Shown: positions 48,260-56,080 of the stretch, piece by piece
Layout: every line of letters begins with the position of its first letter
How positions within the stretch are numbered: the first letter of the stretch is position 1
From: Pseudodesulfovibrio sp.
GTDB lineage: Bacteria; Desulfobacterota; Desulfovibrionia; Desulfovibrionales; Desulfovibrionaceae
Assembly: GCA_036584335.1 (NCBI GenBank)
Contig: JAZHDH010000023.1
Coordinates: 17,857 to 81,856 of the forward strand
Length of the DNA: 64,000 nucleotides
Direction of reading: 5' to 3'
Notes under the pieces: model-generated
What the model saw: the letters and a program-made list of their open reading frames with translations, nothing else
Told to the model about the DNA's origin: nothing
The model's database searches: none
Translations under genes and position numbers: made by a program

Positions 48260-48907
48260 GTGCTGAATATCAAAGAATTGCTTGATGAGGTGAAAGCCTC
48301 CCCCTATCGTGAGATCGTGGTGGCCGCCCCGCATACCGGGGTGGTGGAGTTTGCCGGACTGAAGAAGGGCGACTTGGTGCACGGCCGCCGGGGCGAGTTC
48401 AAGGAGAAGCCGGGCACCCTGCTGGGCCACCTGACCCGTGAACGCAACCGCAAGCCCATCACCGCCCCGGAAAAGGGCGAGGTGGAGAGCGTGCGGACTG
48501 AGCTTGAGGGCAAATTCGTCGAGGCGGGCGAGCCCCTGGCCACCATCCGCCATTTCCTGACCCGCAAGGAAGTCATCGAAAGCATCCTGAAGGAGGCGTT
48601 GTACCTGTTCCGGGCTCCTGAGCGGGCCAAATATTATTTCGTGCCCGAGGTGGACCAGAAGCTCAAGGTCTCGGGCAAGCGCTCGGTCCGCGTGACCGAG
48701 GGCATGGAACTGATGATCGTCTCCCGAATGAAGCGCGAAACTCCGCTGGTCTATTCCGGCCCCGAGGGCATCATCCACTCGGTCTATTTCGGCCGGGGCG
48801 ACAACGTGGACGAGGGCGCGCCGCTCATCGGCGTCTGCCCCGAGGACCAGCTGACCGTGATTCAGGATGTGGTCGCCCGCATCCAGAGCGAATGGGAAGA
48901 AGCGTAA
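48260..48907 (+). CDS. Biotin/lipoyl attachment domain protein (BCCP-like)
   Basis: APHTG, G.FVEAGEPL, SRMKRE, GDNVDEGAPL; operon with carboxylase subunits. Confidence 0.75.
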   Translation: MLNIKELLDEVKASPYREIVVAAPHTGVVEFAGLKKGDLVHGRRGEFKEKPGTLLGHLTRERNRKPITAPEKGEVESVRTELEGKFVEAGEPLATIRHFLTRKEVIESILKEALYLFRAPERAKYYFVPEVDQKLKVSGKRSVRVTEGMELMIVSRMKRETPLVYSGPEGIIHSVYFGRGDNVDEGAPLIGVCPEDQLTVIQDVVARIQSEWEEA

Positions 48908-49251
48908 TGGGCACCGTACTCCAGATTCGTGTCCAGGCCGTGACCTTCAGTGAGGACGAGGCCCGCAGAAAGTGGCCCGCGTTGTGGGAGCTGGTCTGGG
49001 GAGACGGCGGCGAAGCCATCCCGAAAAAGGGCGTGGTGGAGCTTGCCCTGGCCGTGTACAACGCGGTCCGCGCCGGGCTGATCGATTCGGCAAAAGCGGA
49101 CGCCCTGCGCGACGGGGCCGAGGCTTTGGAGGCGTTGCGCTTTCAGCTTCAGGACGCCCTGGCCGCGCGCAATCCGCAGGACGCGGACAAACTCTCGTAC
49201 CGGATCGAGGATGGGCTGACCGATCTGGAAGACATCGCCGCCAAATTCTGA
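48907..49251 (+). CDS. Hypothetical protein
   Basis: TAATG coupling to the upstream gene; host-like codon usage. Confidence 0.7.
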   Translation: MGTVLQIRVQAVTFSEDEARRKWPALWELVWGDGGEAIPKKGVVELALAVYNAVRAGLIDSAKADALRDGAEALEALRFQLQDALAARNPQDADKLSYRIEDGLTDLEDIAAKF

Positions 49252-49295
49252 TAATCGCAATGTCCATCCGATAACGAATACGCCAAGGAGTTGAT

Positions 49296-49808
49296 ATGGC
49301 TGGGAGCATGAATAAGGTAATTTTGATCGGCAGACTGGGGCAGGACCCCAAGCTCTCCTATACTTCCTCCGGCCAGGCCGTGGCGAACTTCTCCGTTGCG
49401 ACCGACGAGGGATACCGCGACCGCCAGACGGGCCAGAAGGTCGAGCGCACCGAGTGGCATCGCGTGGTAGCCTGGCGGCAGGCCGCCGAATTCTGCGGCA
49501 ACTACCTGGCCAAGGGCCGCCTGGTCCTGGTGGAGGGCAAGTTGCAGACCCGCAAATGGCAGGGCCAGGACGGCCAGGACCGCTACACCACCGAGATCGT
49601 GGCCGACAACATCCAGGGGCTCGACCGTGCGCCCGAAGGCCAGGGGCAGTATAGCCAACCAGGCCAGCAGCAGGGGCAACAGCAGGGCGGTTATCCGCAA
49701 CAGGGCGGCTACCAGGGCAATCCTCAGCAGGGGCGTCCGCAGGAGGACGAGGATCTGGGACCCGCCTTCCCCTCCGAAGCGAGCGGGATGGACGACGTGC
49801 CGTTCTGA
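49296..49808 (+). CDS. ssb: Single-stranded DNA-binding protein
   Basis: NKVILIGRLG, TEWHRV, VEGKLQTRKW, Q/G-rich linker, C-terminal DDVPF. Confidence 0.97.
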   Translation: MAGSMNKVILIGRLGQDPKLSYTSSGQAVANFSVATDEGYRDRQTGQKVERTEWHRVVAWRQAAEFCGNYLAKGRLVLVEGKLQTRKWQGQDGQDRYTTEIVADNIQGLDRAPEGQGQYSQPGQQQGQQQGGYPQQGGYQGNPQQGRPQEDEDLGPAFPSEASGMDDVPF

Positions 49809-49887
49809 GGAATTGCATGGAGTGTCCGGCCAGCGAGGGCGGAAAGCGCTGTTAGCCCGGAACTGGTAACGGTTATGGAAGATTTTA

Positions 49888-49909
49888 GAGGGTGGCTTTG
49901 GCCACCCTC
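49888..49909. terminator. Hairpin downstream of ssb
   Basis: GAGGGTGGC-tttg-GCCACCCTC. Confidence 0.55.
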
Positions 49910-50000
49910 AGGCGGCTGACAAAGGCCCTGCGTCGTTGCTTCAAAAAAGGCAAACCCTCGCGTATTGTATCTACGCGTCGATTTTGCCTTTTTTCGCGCC
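49910..50000. repeat. Nested palindromic element (MITE/REP-like), apparently truncated at the IS630 end
   Basis: AAAAAAGGCAAA (49943-49954) pairs with TTTGCCTTTTTT (49983-49994), enclosing CGCGTA..TACGCG. Confidence 0.5.
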
Positions 50001-50117
50001 TAGAGCATTTTAATCTTGAAGTGATTAATAGCCACAAGAGGTAAACCAACCTTTCGCATCTTGCGGAGTTACAGCCGATAGTGCCGTCGCGATGGCTTTG
50101 AGAAGCGAATTGAAATT
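50001..50117 (-). mobile_element. IS630-family remnant (transposase C-terminus plus element end at TA)
   Basis: Minus strand 50117-50025 reads NFNSLLKAIATALSAVTPQDAKGWFTSCGY*, the characteristic IS630 ..W/F.xCGY C-terminus; element ends at TA within CTAG (50000-50003). Confidence 0.72.
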
Positions 50118-50246
50118 TTATCTGTAATGGGGGGATGCCATTTTTTTAGCTGATTCAGGATAATAGTCCCAGAGAATAGCAAAATATAACTTTCGACCAT
50201 CATCAGCGAGGGAAGAAAGTCGTTTCTTCAATGCTTGTCTTGTCAC
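50118..50246 (-). pseudogene. Truncated low-GC ORF (42 aa, MTRQALKKRLSSLADDGRKLYFAILWDYYPESAKKMASPHYR)
   Basis: AAGGA RBS and GTG start right after tRNA-Leu; its stop abuts the IS630 fragment in the same frame. Confidence 0.45.
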
Positions 50247-50262
50247 TGTTGGTTTCCTTAAA

Positions 50263-50346
50263 TGGTACCGGAGGCGGGATTCGAACCCGCAAGGCCTAAG
50301 CCGGGGGATTTTAAATCCCCTGTGTCTGCCATTTCACCACTCCGGC
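50263..50346 (-). tRNA. tRNA-Leu(TAA), complete, divergent copy in AT-rich DNA
   Basis: GCCGGAG/CTCCGGT acceptor stem, GGGGA-TTTAAAA-TCCCC anticodon arm, variable arm, GGTTCGAATCC, 3' ACCA. Confidence 0.95.
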
Positions 50347-50391
50347 ATATACCAAACTAGACCGCCATTATTCCCTCAAAAAGAGCCTATA

Positions 50392-50411
50392 CGTGACAAT
50401 TCGCGTGACAA
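50392..50411. repeat. Direct repeat CGTGACAA x2 (arm-type site-like), overlapping a candidate promoter of the intact tRNA
   Basis: Copies at 50392-50399 and 50404-50411; minus strand reads TTGCTT-18 bp-TATAGG across them. Confidence 0.5.
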
Positions 50412-50472
50412 GCAAGTTGCCGTAGATTTCACGGCGGCAAGTCTTACCTGTTGGAATATTATAATTAAATAG

Positions 50473-50500
50473 GAAACACCCGGAATGTTACGGGTGTTTC
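50473..50500. terminator. Hairpin between the broken and the intact tRNA-Leu
   Basis: GAAACACCCG-8 nt-CGGGTGTTTC, perfect 10-bp stem with T-rich flanks. Confidence 0.65.
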
Positions 50501-50549
50501 GTTTTCATTTTTTCAAGTGCTGTCAGTGTGTTACGGTCACGAAAATTGA

Positions 50550-50587
50550 TTTAAGTCCCCGGTGTCTACCAGTTCCACCACCCAGGC
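50550..50587 (-). pseudogene. 5' half of a tRNA-Leu(TAA), broken in the anticodon loop
   Basis: Minus strand GCCTGGGTGGTGGAACTGGTAGACACCGGGGACTTAAA followed by unrelated AT-rich DNA; TTGACG -35-like box at 50623-50628. Confidence 0.88.
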
Positions 50588-50657
50588 TCGGGTTGTTTGC
50601 ATTAGCCCGCAACTCGGCGGGGCGTCAACGTGTTTTGGCCGGGGCCGGTTCCTTCCG

Positions 50658-52340
50658 CTACTGCATCAGGGAGAGGTAGTTGCGGAACAGGCGCGGGCTG
50701 ACACGGGAATACTGATCGAAATCCGAGACGATTTCCAGGCCCGGGATGATCGCCCGGGTGACCGGGATGGCCAGGTCCTTGCGCGTCAGGTCGGCATAGG
50801 CCGGGTGGTAGCCGTTGGCCATGAGCGTGGCCTCCAGCACCAGCAGGTCGCCCTCGGCGCTGCCCGTGGAGAGGTCGGGCAGGTCCTCCAGGCGGCGCAC
50901 CGGCAAGCCTTCCGGGGCCGGGCTGCCTGCCGGGCCGGGGTAGGGGTAGGCGGTCTCGGTCATGGCCGAAACCACGGCGCTCCGGCCGTCCAGGCCGCAG
51001 CCGCCGCCCTTGTTCACGTCGCCGTGGCGGCCCAGGACCACGGACTTGTAGCAGGGCACGCCCAGCTCCGTGGTCAGGTCCTGGAACCAGATGTCGATGC
51101 CGTCCGCGCGGTAGTTCCCCAGCAGCTTGGCGATTTCCGGGTCGTCCGCCTCCAGCCGGAAGCAGCGGCTCGGATCGAAGGGCGTGGTCGCGTCCGCGTC
51201 GCGCTCGATGACCTCGGTCAGGGCCGCGACCTTGGCCTCGGCCATGGTGTTGCCCGACGCGAGCCCGGTGGAGCCCAGGGCCGAGAACAGGGACGGCTCG
51301 TCCAGGTTGCAGAACAGGAACACGAACTGGGCCGGGATGAGCACGGGCGCGGAGCCGCCCCGGCCGTCCGGGGCGTCGCCCTCGAACCAGTGAATGCGCT
51401 GCCCGGCGTAGGGCGCTTCCAGCCGGACCCGGCGCAGGTCCAGCGCCTCGGCCTCCAGCTCGTCGAGCGCACCGAGGGTCAGCGGGTAGTCGCGCTGGTA
51501 GCCGAGCACGCCCTTGGGGCCGAAGGAGGCGTAGGACGAGAACCGCTCGGCCATCTCCATGGCGCAGGACGCGTCGGCCCGGGCGCGCGAGAGGCCTCGG
51601 CCATAGCTGGTCTGGATGCCTTCCAGGCTGTTGGAGAGGCGGCCGCTGACCGTGCGGGTCTTGACCATCCAGTGGCGCAGGCTGGCGATGGGCGAGAGCG
51701 AGGCCTTGTGGGCCATGACCGGCCCGAGGAAGGCGTCGGCCTTGTCCAGGGCCTGGAAGGCCATGTCCAGGGTTTCCTCCAGCGGGCGGCGGGGCTTGGG
51801 CGGGGGCAGCCTGCCTTCGAGCCCGGCCCGGATTTCGGCGGCGGGCACCGGCCCGGCGTCCGGCATGGGTGGCAGGGCGGGCGGCTCGATGCCCATGGTG
51901 TCCGGATGGAGGAGCGGGGCCAACGAGAAAATGTTGTCCGCGAACATGCGGATCCAGCGGGTGTGGAGTTCCTGGTCCGGCCGTAGGCGCGAGCGGATGT
52001 GCACGGCCGGGGTGTGGGGGAGCAGGGCCGCCGGGTCCAGGCCGTCGAAGAGCGGCAGCAGGTGGCGGTGCCGTTCGTGGCAGATGCACGCCTCGTACAT
52101 GATCGCGGTCAGGACCGGGTCGGACGCGCCCTTGTCGCGCATGGCCTCCTCGATCAGTTTCTTGAGCATCCGGGTGCGGAAGTCCTTGAACCCCTGGAGC
52201 ACGAATTCGTGCATGTGGTCGTCGTAGGGATATTTGCGGAGATGGTCGGTCATCTCGTTGAAGCTCAGGTTCGGTTCCGGCATGGCCGCGAACATGCCCA
52301 CGCCGAAGTCGGTATTCATCATTTGCAGCTTGTAGCGCAT
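50658..52340 (-). CDS. YcaO-like family protein with N-terminal extension
   Basis: SYGRG, EMAERFS, STGLASGNT..EA..ALTEVIERD, AMTE, PVTRAIIPGLE; AAGGAAG RBS before 52340. Confidence 0.85.
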   Translation of the reverse strand: MRYKLQMMNTDFGVGMFAAMPEPNLSFNEMTDHLRKYPYDDHMHEFVLQGFKDFRTRMLKKLIEEAMRDKGASDPVLTAIMYEACICHERHRHLLPLFDGLDPAALLPHTPAVHIRSRLRPDQELHTRWIRMFADNIFSLAPLLHPDTMGIEPPALPPMPDAGPVPAAEIRAGLEGRLPPPKPRRPLEETLDMAFQALDKADAFLGPVMAHKASLSPIASLRHWMVKTRTVSGRLSNSLEGIQTSYGRGLSRARADASCAMEMAERFSSYASFGPKGVLGYQRDYPLTLGALDELEAEALDLRRVRLEAPYAGQRIHWFEGDAPDGRGGSAPVLIPAQFVFLFCNLDEPSLFSALGSTGLASGNTMAEAKVAALTEVIERDADATTPFDPSRCFRLEADDPEIAKLLGNYRADGIDIWFQDLTTELGVPCYKSVVLGRHGDVNKGGGCGLDGRSAVVSAMTETAYPYPGPAGSPAPEGLPVRRLEDLPDLSTGSAEGDLLVLEATLMANGYHPAYADLTRKDLAIPVTRAIIPGLEIVSDFDQYSRVSPRLFRNYLSLMQ

Positions 52341-52472
52341 GGTCTTCCTTTTGATTTCCCTCTTCATTTTTGCCAGATTTCCCCGTACAACAGACGGGGC
52401 GTCGGGGACCCGGCGCTAGGCTATGGCATTACCCCCTCGAACACAAGGTTTGGCTGCGGGAACAGGCGCCAC

Positions 52473-53168
52473 ATGGAAGAATATCCGGCGAAGCGGGCCG
52501 TCACATGGTCCATGATTCTCAGGTTCGGGGCGGCCCTCGGGTTGCTCGGGCTGCTGACCTATGCCATGGAGCACTGGGGCGGGCGGTACATGACCCGGCT
52601 CTCGGATTTCGTGGCCGCCCAGGGCAGCCTGGGGCCGGTGGTGTTCGTGGCGGCCAATGCGTTGCTGACCATGCTGCTGGTGCCCCAGGTGCTGTTCACC
52701 GTGGCCGCCGGGGCGCTCTTCGGCTGGAAGCTCGGGGCGGTCTGCGCCTCGGCGGGCATGACCATCGGCGCGGTGGGGGCGTTCTTCCTGGCCCGCTACG
52801 GCGTGCGCGAGCGCATCCGGGCGAGGTTCGCCGGGCGGGCCGTGTTCAGGCAGATGCAGCGTCTCAGCCGCTCCCACCCCCTGCATCTCATCTCGCTTAG
52901 CCGGGTCATCCCGGTCCTTCCCTTTCCGGTGACCAGCTATCTGCTCGGCGTCACCGAGGTCCGCTCCCTGCCCTATGCGTTTCTGACCTGGGTGTGCATG
53001 CTGCCCGAGACGCTCTTCCTGGCTTCGGGCGGGCATCTGCTGCATTCGGGGATCACGGGCCGGGCCTCGGTGGAGGCTGCGGTGGTCCTGGTCGTGGCCG
53101 GGATCGGCGTGGGCATGGTCGTCCGCCGGATGAAGAAGCGGCTCCTGGAAGGCGCAGAAAAGGACTAG
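52473..53168 (+). CDS. TVP38/TMEM64 (DedA/VTT) family membrane protein
   Basis: AGALFG, FFLARY, RVIPVLPF..SYLLG. Confidence 0.85.
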   Translation: MEEYPAKRAVTWSMILRFGAALGLLGLLTYAMEHWGGRYMTRLSDFVAAQGSLGPVVFVAANALLTMLLVPQVLFTVAAGALFGWKLGAVCASAGMTIGAVGAFFLARYGVRERIRARFAGRAVFRQMQRLSRSHPLHLISLSRVIPVLPFPVTSYLLGVTEVRSLPYAFLTWVCMLPETLFLASGGHLLHSGITGRASVEAAVVLVVAGIGVGMVVRRMKKRLLEGAEKD

Positions 53169-53716
53169 CCGAGCTGCTCTGCCAGCTTGCGGACCTTGGG
53201 CAGCAGGGCGCGGGCGATGGCCTCGACGCCCCGGGCGTTGGGATGCAGGCCGTCCATCAGCGTCAGGGAGGGATTGCTGTAGTAGCTGGAGAGGATGTCC
53301 GGGAAGAGCGGCAGCTTGTAGCGTTTGGCCAGGTGGGTGAAGAGCCGGTCGAACCCGGCCCGGTAGTCCGGGTCGGGATTGAGTTCGGCGGCGATGCCGA
53401 CCAGCAGGACCGGGATTTTCGCGCCGAGCAGGGCCTCGATGATCGCCGAGAGGCTGGCCTCCACCCGGGCCACGGGCTCGTCCAGAAAACAGTCGTTGGC
53501 CCCGAACTCCACCAGGGCGGCGTCGGGCGCGGATTCGAGCACCGCGCCGATCCGGCGCAGGCCGTCGGCGGCCGTGTCGCCGGACACGCCGAAGTTGAGG
53601 CAGCGGGCCTTGATCCCTTCGTCGCGGAGCATCCGCTCCAGCACGTCGGGCAGGGCCTCGCCGGGCTCCAGGCCGTAGCCTTCGGTCAGGCTGTCGCCGA
53701 AGCAGGCGATGCGCAT
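53165..53716 (-). CDS. GDSL/SGNH arylesterase (TesA-like)
   Basis: FGDSLTEG, GVSGDT, GAND, DGLHPN. Confidence 0.92.
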   Translation of the reverse strand: MRIACFGDSLTEGYGLEPGEALPDVLERMLRDEGIKARCLNFGVSGDTAADGLRRIGAVLESAPDAALVEFGANDCFLDEPVARVEASLSAIIEALLGAKIPVLLVGIAAELNPDPDYRAGFDRLFTHLAKRYKLPLFPDILSSYYSNPSLTLMDGLHPNARGVEAIARALLPKVRKLAEQLG

Positions 53717-53726
53717 GGTGGTTGCC

Positions 53727-54248
53727 CTATCCGTTGATCCAGAGCTTGACCCGGGCGGATTCCTCGGCCCAGCCCTTGCCCAGCCGCAGGTTCAGGAAGT
53801 GGGAGTAGACCACGTCCAGCATTTCCAGGCAGCGCTCGATGAGGAATATCTTTTCCAGAAACTTGGCGTCCGGGTCGTCGCCTTCCTCGTCCCTGGAGGC
53901 GACCTTGGGGGTCTTGAGGCCGGACAGGCCGAAGTCCGAGGCGCTGATCGAGACCAGCCAGCTTTCTTCGTCCATGGCGAAGAGGACCTGCGCCTTGTTG
54001 ACCTTCTTGCCGTGCAGCAGGCCGGTCTTGGCCTCGCTCATTTCCCCGCCGGGGCTGGAAACCGTGGTCGTGGCCCTGGTTTCGCCTTCGCCCCCTTGCA
54101 CCGAGAGCTTCTGCTCCATCTGCAGGGTGAACTTTCGGTTGTCCTTGAGGGCGAAAAGCGGGTTGTCGCTGTCGGTCTTGTACCAGAGCCAGGTCAGAAA
54201 ATCCTGGCCGAGCAGGTTGTTCTCGCGTTCGACGAGGGAGAGGTCCAT
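53727..54248 (-). CDS. Hypothetical protein, RdgC-associated
   Basis: LGQDFLTWLW motif; directly follows the RdgC-like gene; GGAG RBS. Confidence 0.7.
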   Translation of the reverse strand: MDLSLVERENNLLGQDFLTWLWYKTDSDNPLFALKDNRKFTLQMEQKLSVQGGEGETRATTTVSSPGGEMSEAKTGLLHGKKVNKAQVLFAMDEESWLVSISASDFGLSGLKTPKVASRDEEGDDPDAKFLEKIFLIERCLEMLDVVYSHFLNLRLGKGWAEESARVKLWING

Positions 54249-54257
54249 GGCGGCTCC

Positions 54258-54872
54258 TTACACGAAGATGGTGGGATCGAGGTTTTCCAGCCGGGGCGCG
54301 GCTTCCTCGCCCAGGATGTCCATGGCGGCGAAGAACGGGGTCAGCGGCTCCAGGTGGAGATCGAAGGTCAGGGTGAAGTAGTCCTCGAACAGGGCGCGGA
54401 CCTTGGTGTTGGTCGTGTCCAGGTATACCCGGTTGGCGGGCGGGTTCCAGAAGACGTCGAACGATGCCGGGATGGGCAGGGTGCGGGCGCGCAGCTTGAG
54501 GGTGATCTGCTCCTTGATCTCGCGCTTGCGGTCGCGGGAGACGAAGTTCCGGCCCTGCTCCTTGTTGTACTCCAATTCCTTGTTGATGGCGATGGTCAGG
54601 TGCTTCTTGAGGACGGAAGGCGGGATACGCCGGGTGTCGAGCCGCAGCTTGAAGGCGAAATAGGCGGCCTTTTCCGGCGGCGACTGGGTCCAGTTCATGT
54701 CCAGCATGTCGTCGATGTTGGTCCAGCCGAAGGACCGTTCGTCTGCGGTGGCGTCGATATCGACAAAGCAGAATTGTCTTAGTTTTTCCGGCACCTGCTG
54801 GAGAAGGGCGTTGGGGACCTCCTCAATGATGCGGTATCGGGTCAGGCCCAGGCTGGCGGCGAGAATGCTCAC
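54258..54872 (-). CDS. Recombination-associated protein RdgC-like (short form)
   Basis: ERSFGW, LRLDTRRIP, KREIKE..LRARTLP, LFEDYF..TF resemble the RdgC N-terminal region. Confidence 0.7.
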   Translation of the reverse strand: MSILAASLGLTRYRIIEEVPNALLQQVPEKLRQFCFVDIDATADERSFGWTNIDDMLDMNWTQSPPEKAAYFAFKLRLDTRRIPPSVLKKHLTIAINKELEYNKEQGRNFVSRDRKREIKEQITLKLRARTLPIPASFDVFWNPPANRVYLDTTNTKVRALFEDYFTLTFDLHLEPLTPFFAAMDILGEEAAPRLENLDPTIFV

Positions 54873-55036
54873 TTCGGCTCCTCGGGTTGCGTCGTTGAAA
54901 ACAAGAGTAACTGCGTAAATCCTCTTGGCCCGCTTGTCCAGTTCCGCGATGCGAAATCCGGCTGTCGGGAACCCGCACGAACCATCTTGTCAACCGCCCC
55001 GGACGTGGCTACATTGGCGAAAATTTTGGAGAGGAT

Positions 55037-55408
55037 ATGTCCGAGCACCCGCTTTTCGACCTGATCACCTATCTGGAAACGATCGCCGTTGCGGTTCGCC
55101 GCCTCGAAGAGGAAGGCGACGTCATCCTGCGCGAGAGGGGGCAGGATGCGTTCACGGCCAAGATGACCGAAAAGGCCCGGCTGCTGGCCGGGTTGGGTGA
55201 AAAAGGGCGGCCCCTGGCCGAGAAGGTGGGGGGCGAGTCCGGGCGGGCCATCGTCCGCAGGCTGGACCAGTTCTCCGCGAGCGCGGGCGCGTCCCTGCGT
55301 ATCGGCAGCGTTTTTTTCATGACCGCGCTGCTGTACCCCGCAGACCACAAGGCGGGCGAGCCCAACGACCTCGAAGCGTATATCGGAACCCTGCGGGAGA
55401 AGCTGTAG
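55037..55408 (+). CDS. Hypothetical protein
   Basis: GAGGA RBS; helical ORF ending ..ALLYPADHKAGEPNDLE. Confidence 0.7.
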   Translation: MSEHPLFDLITYLETIAVAVRRLEEEGDVILRERGQDAFTAKMTEKARLLAGLGEKGRPLAEKVGGESGRAIVRRLDQFSASAGASLRIGSVFFMTALLYPADHKAGEPNDLEAYIGTLREKL

Positions 55409-55411
55409 CGA

Positions 55412-56080
55412 TCAATCGGGGAGTTTGAATTCCCGGTCTCTCTGGGCGTGCTTGCGGGCGGCCTGCTGCTTCTGGCCGAGCAGGACCACGGCGTGCACCC
55501 CGTCATCCTGGGCGCGGTCCAGTTCTTCGAAAACGCAGCCCACCGAGCCGCGCTCGTGGCGCATGACCTTGGCGATGAGCCCGGTGACCTTGGTCTCGCC
55601 GTTGAGGAGCAGGTCCATCTCCAGCTTGACTCCCCCCTTGATGCGCGGTTTCTCGAAATCGAAGCCCAGGCCAGTGGCGCTGATGTCCGTGACCGGGTAC
55701 TGCTTTCCCAGCCGCTTGACCAGGACGGTCAGCCCGTCCACCTTGATGCGCAGGGCATTGCGCTTCCTGGCCCGCTCGTCGTCGCCTTTGAGCGAGAGGC
55801 TGAATCCCAGGGCGTCTGCATTGATGGGGTCGGCGGATATCTGTTTGGACTTCTTCCGTTTCTTGACGTCCTTGCCGGTCAGGGTGACATCCATTCCCTG
55901 AGGTGTTTCGCCTTCTTTCCGCTTCTTGGCCGCGAGGCTTTTCCCGGCGGGCTTGACGCCTTTGGTCCGGGTCGTCCTGGCCTCGGCCGCAGACCCCTTT
56001 CCGGTCGCCTTCTTCTTTTTGGGGGCGGGCTTTTTTTTGCCGGAGGAGAACAGGTTGGTTATGAAAGAGAAAAGGCCCAT
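55412..56080 (-). CDS. PilZ domain protein with Lys-rich N-terminal tail
   Basis: RNALR and DISATG motifs; similar to 44124-44510. Confidence 0.8.
   Translation of the reverse strand: MGLFSFITNLFSSGKKKPAPKKKKATGKGSAAEARTTRTKGVKPAGKSLAAKKRKEGETPQGMDVTLTGKDVKKRKKSKQISADPINADALGFSLSLKGDDERARKRNALRIKVDGLTVLVKRLGKQYPVTDISATGLGFDFEKPRIKGGVKLEMDLLLNGETKVTGLIAKVMRHERGSVGCVFEELDRAQDDGVHAVVLLGQKQQAARKHAQRDREFKLPD

Noticed and set aside
49640-49745. CAG-rich repeats in ssb
   Set aside because: Ordinary Gln/Gly-rich disordered SSB linker.
50346-50550. Group I intron in tRNA-Leu(UAA), as in cyanobacteria
   Set aside because: No matching 3' exon: the downstream tRNA is complete and its acceptor 3' strand (CTCCGGT) does not pair properly with the fragment's GCCTGGG. 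No P/Q/R/S core elements were recognised.
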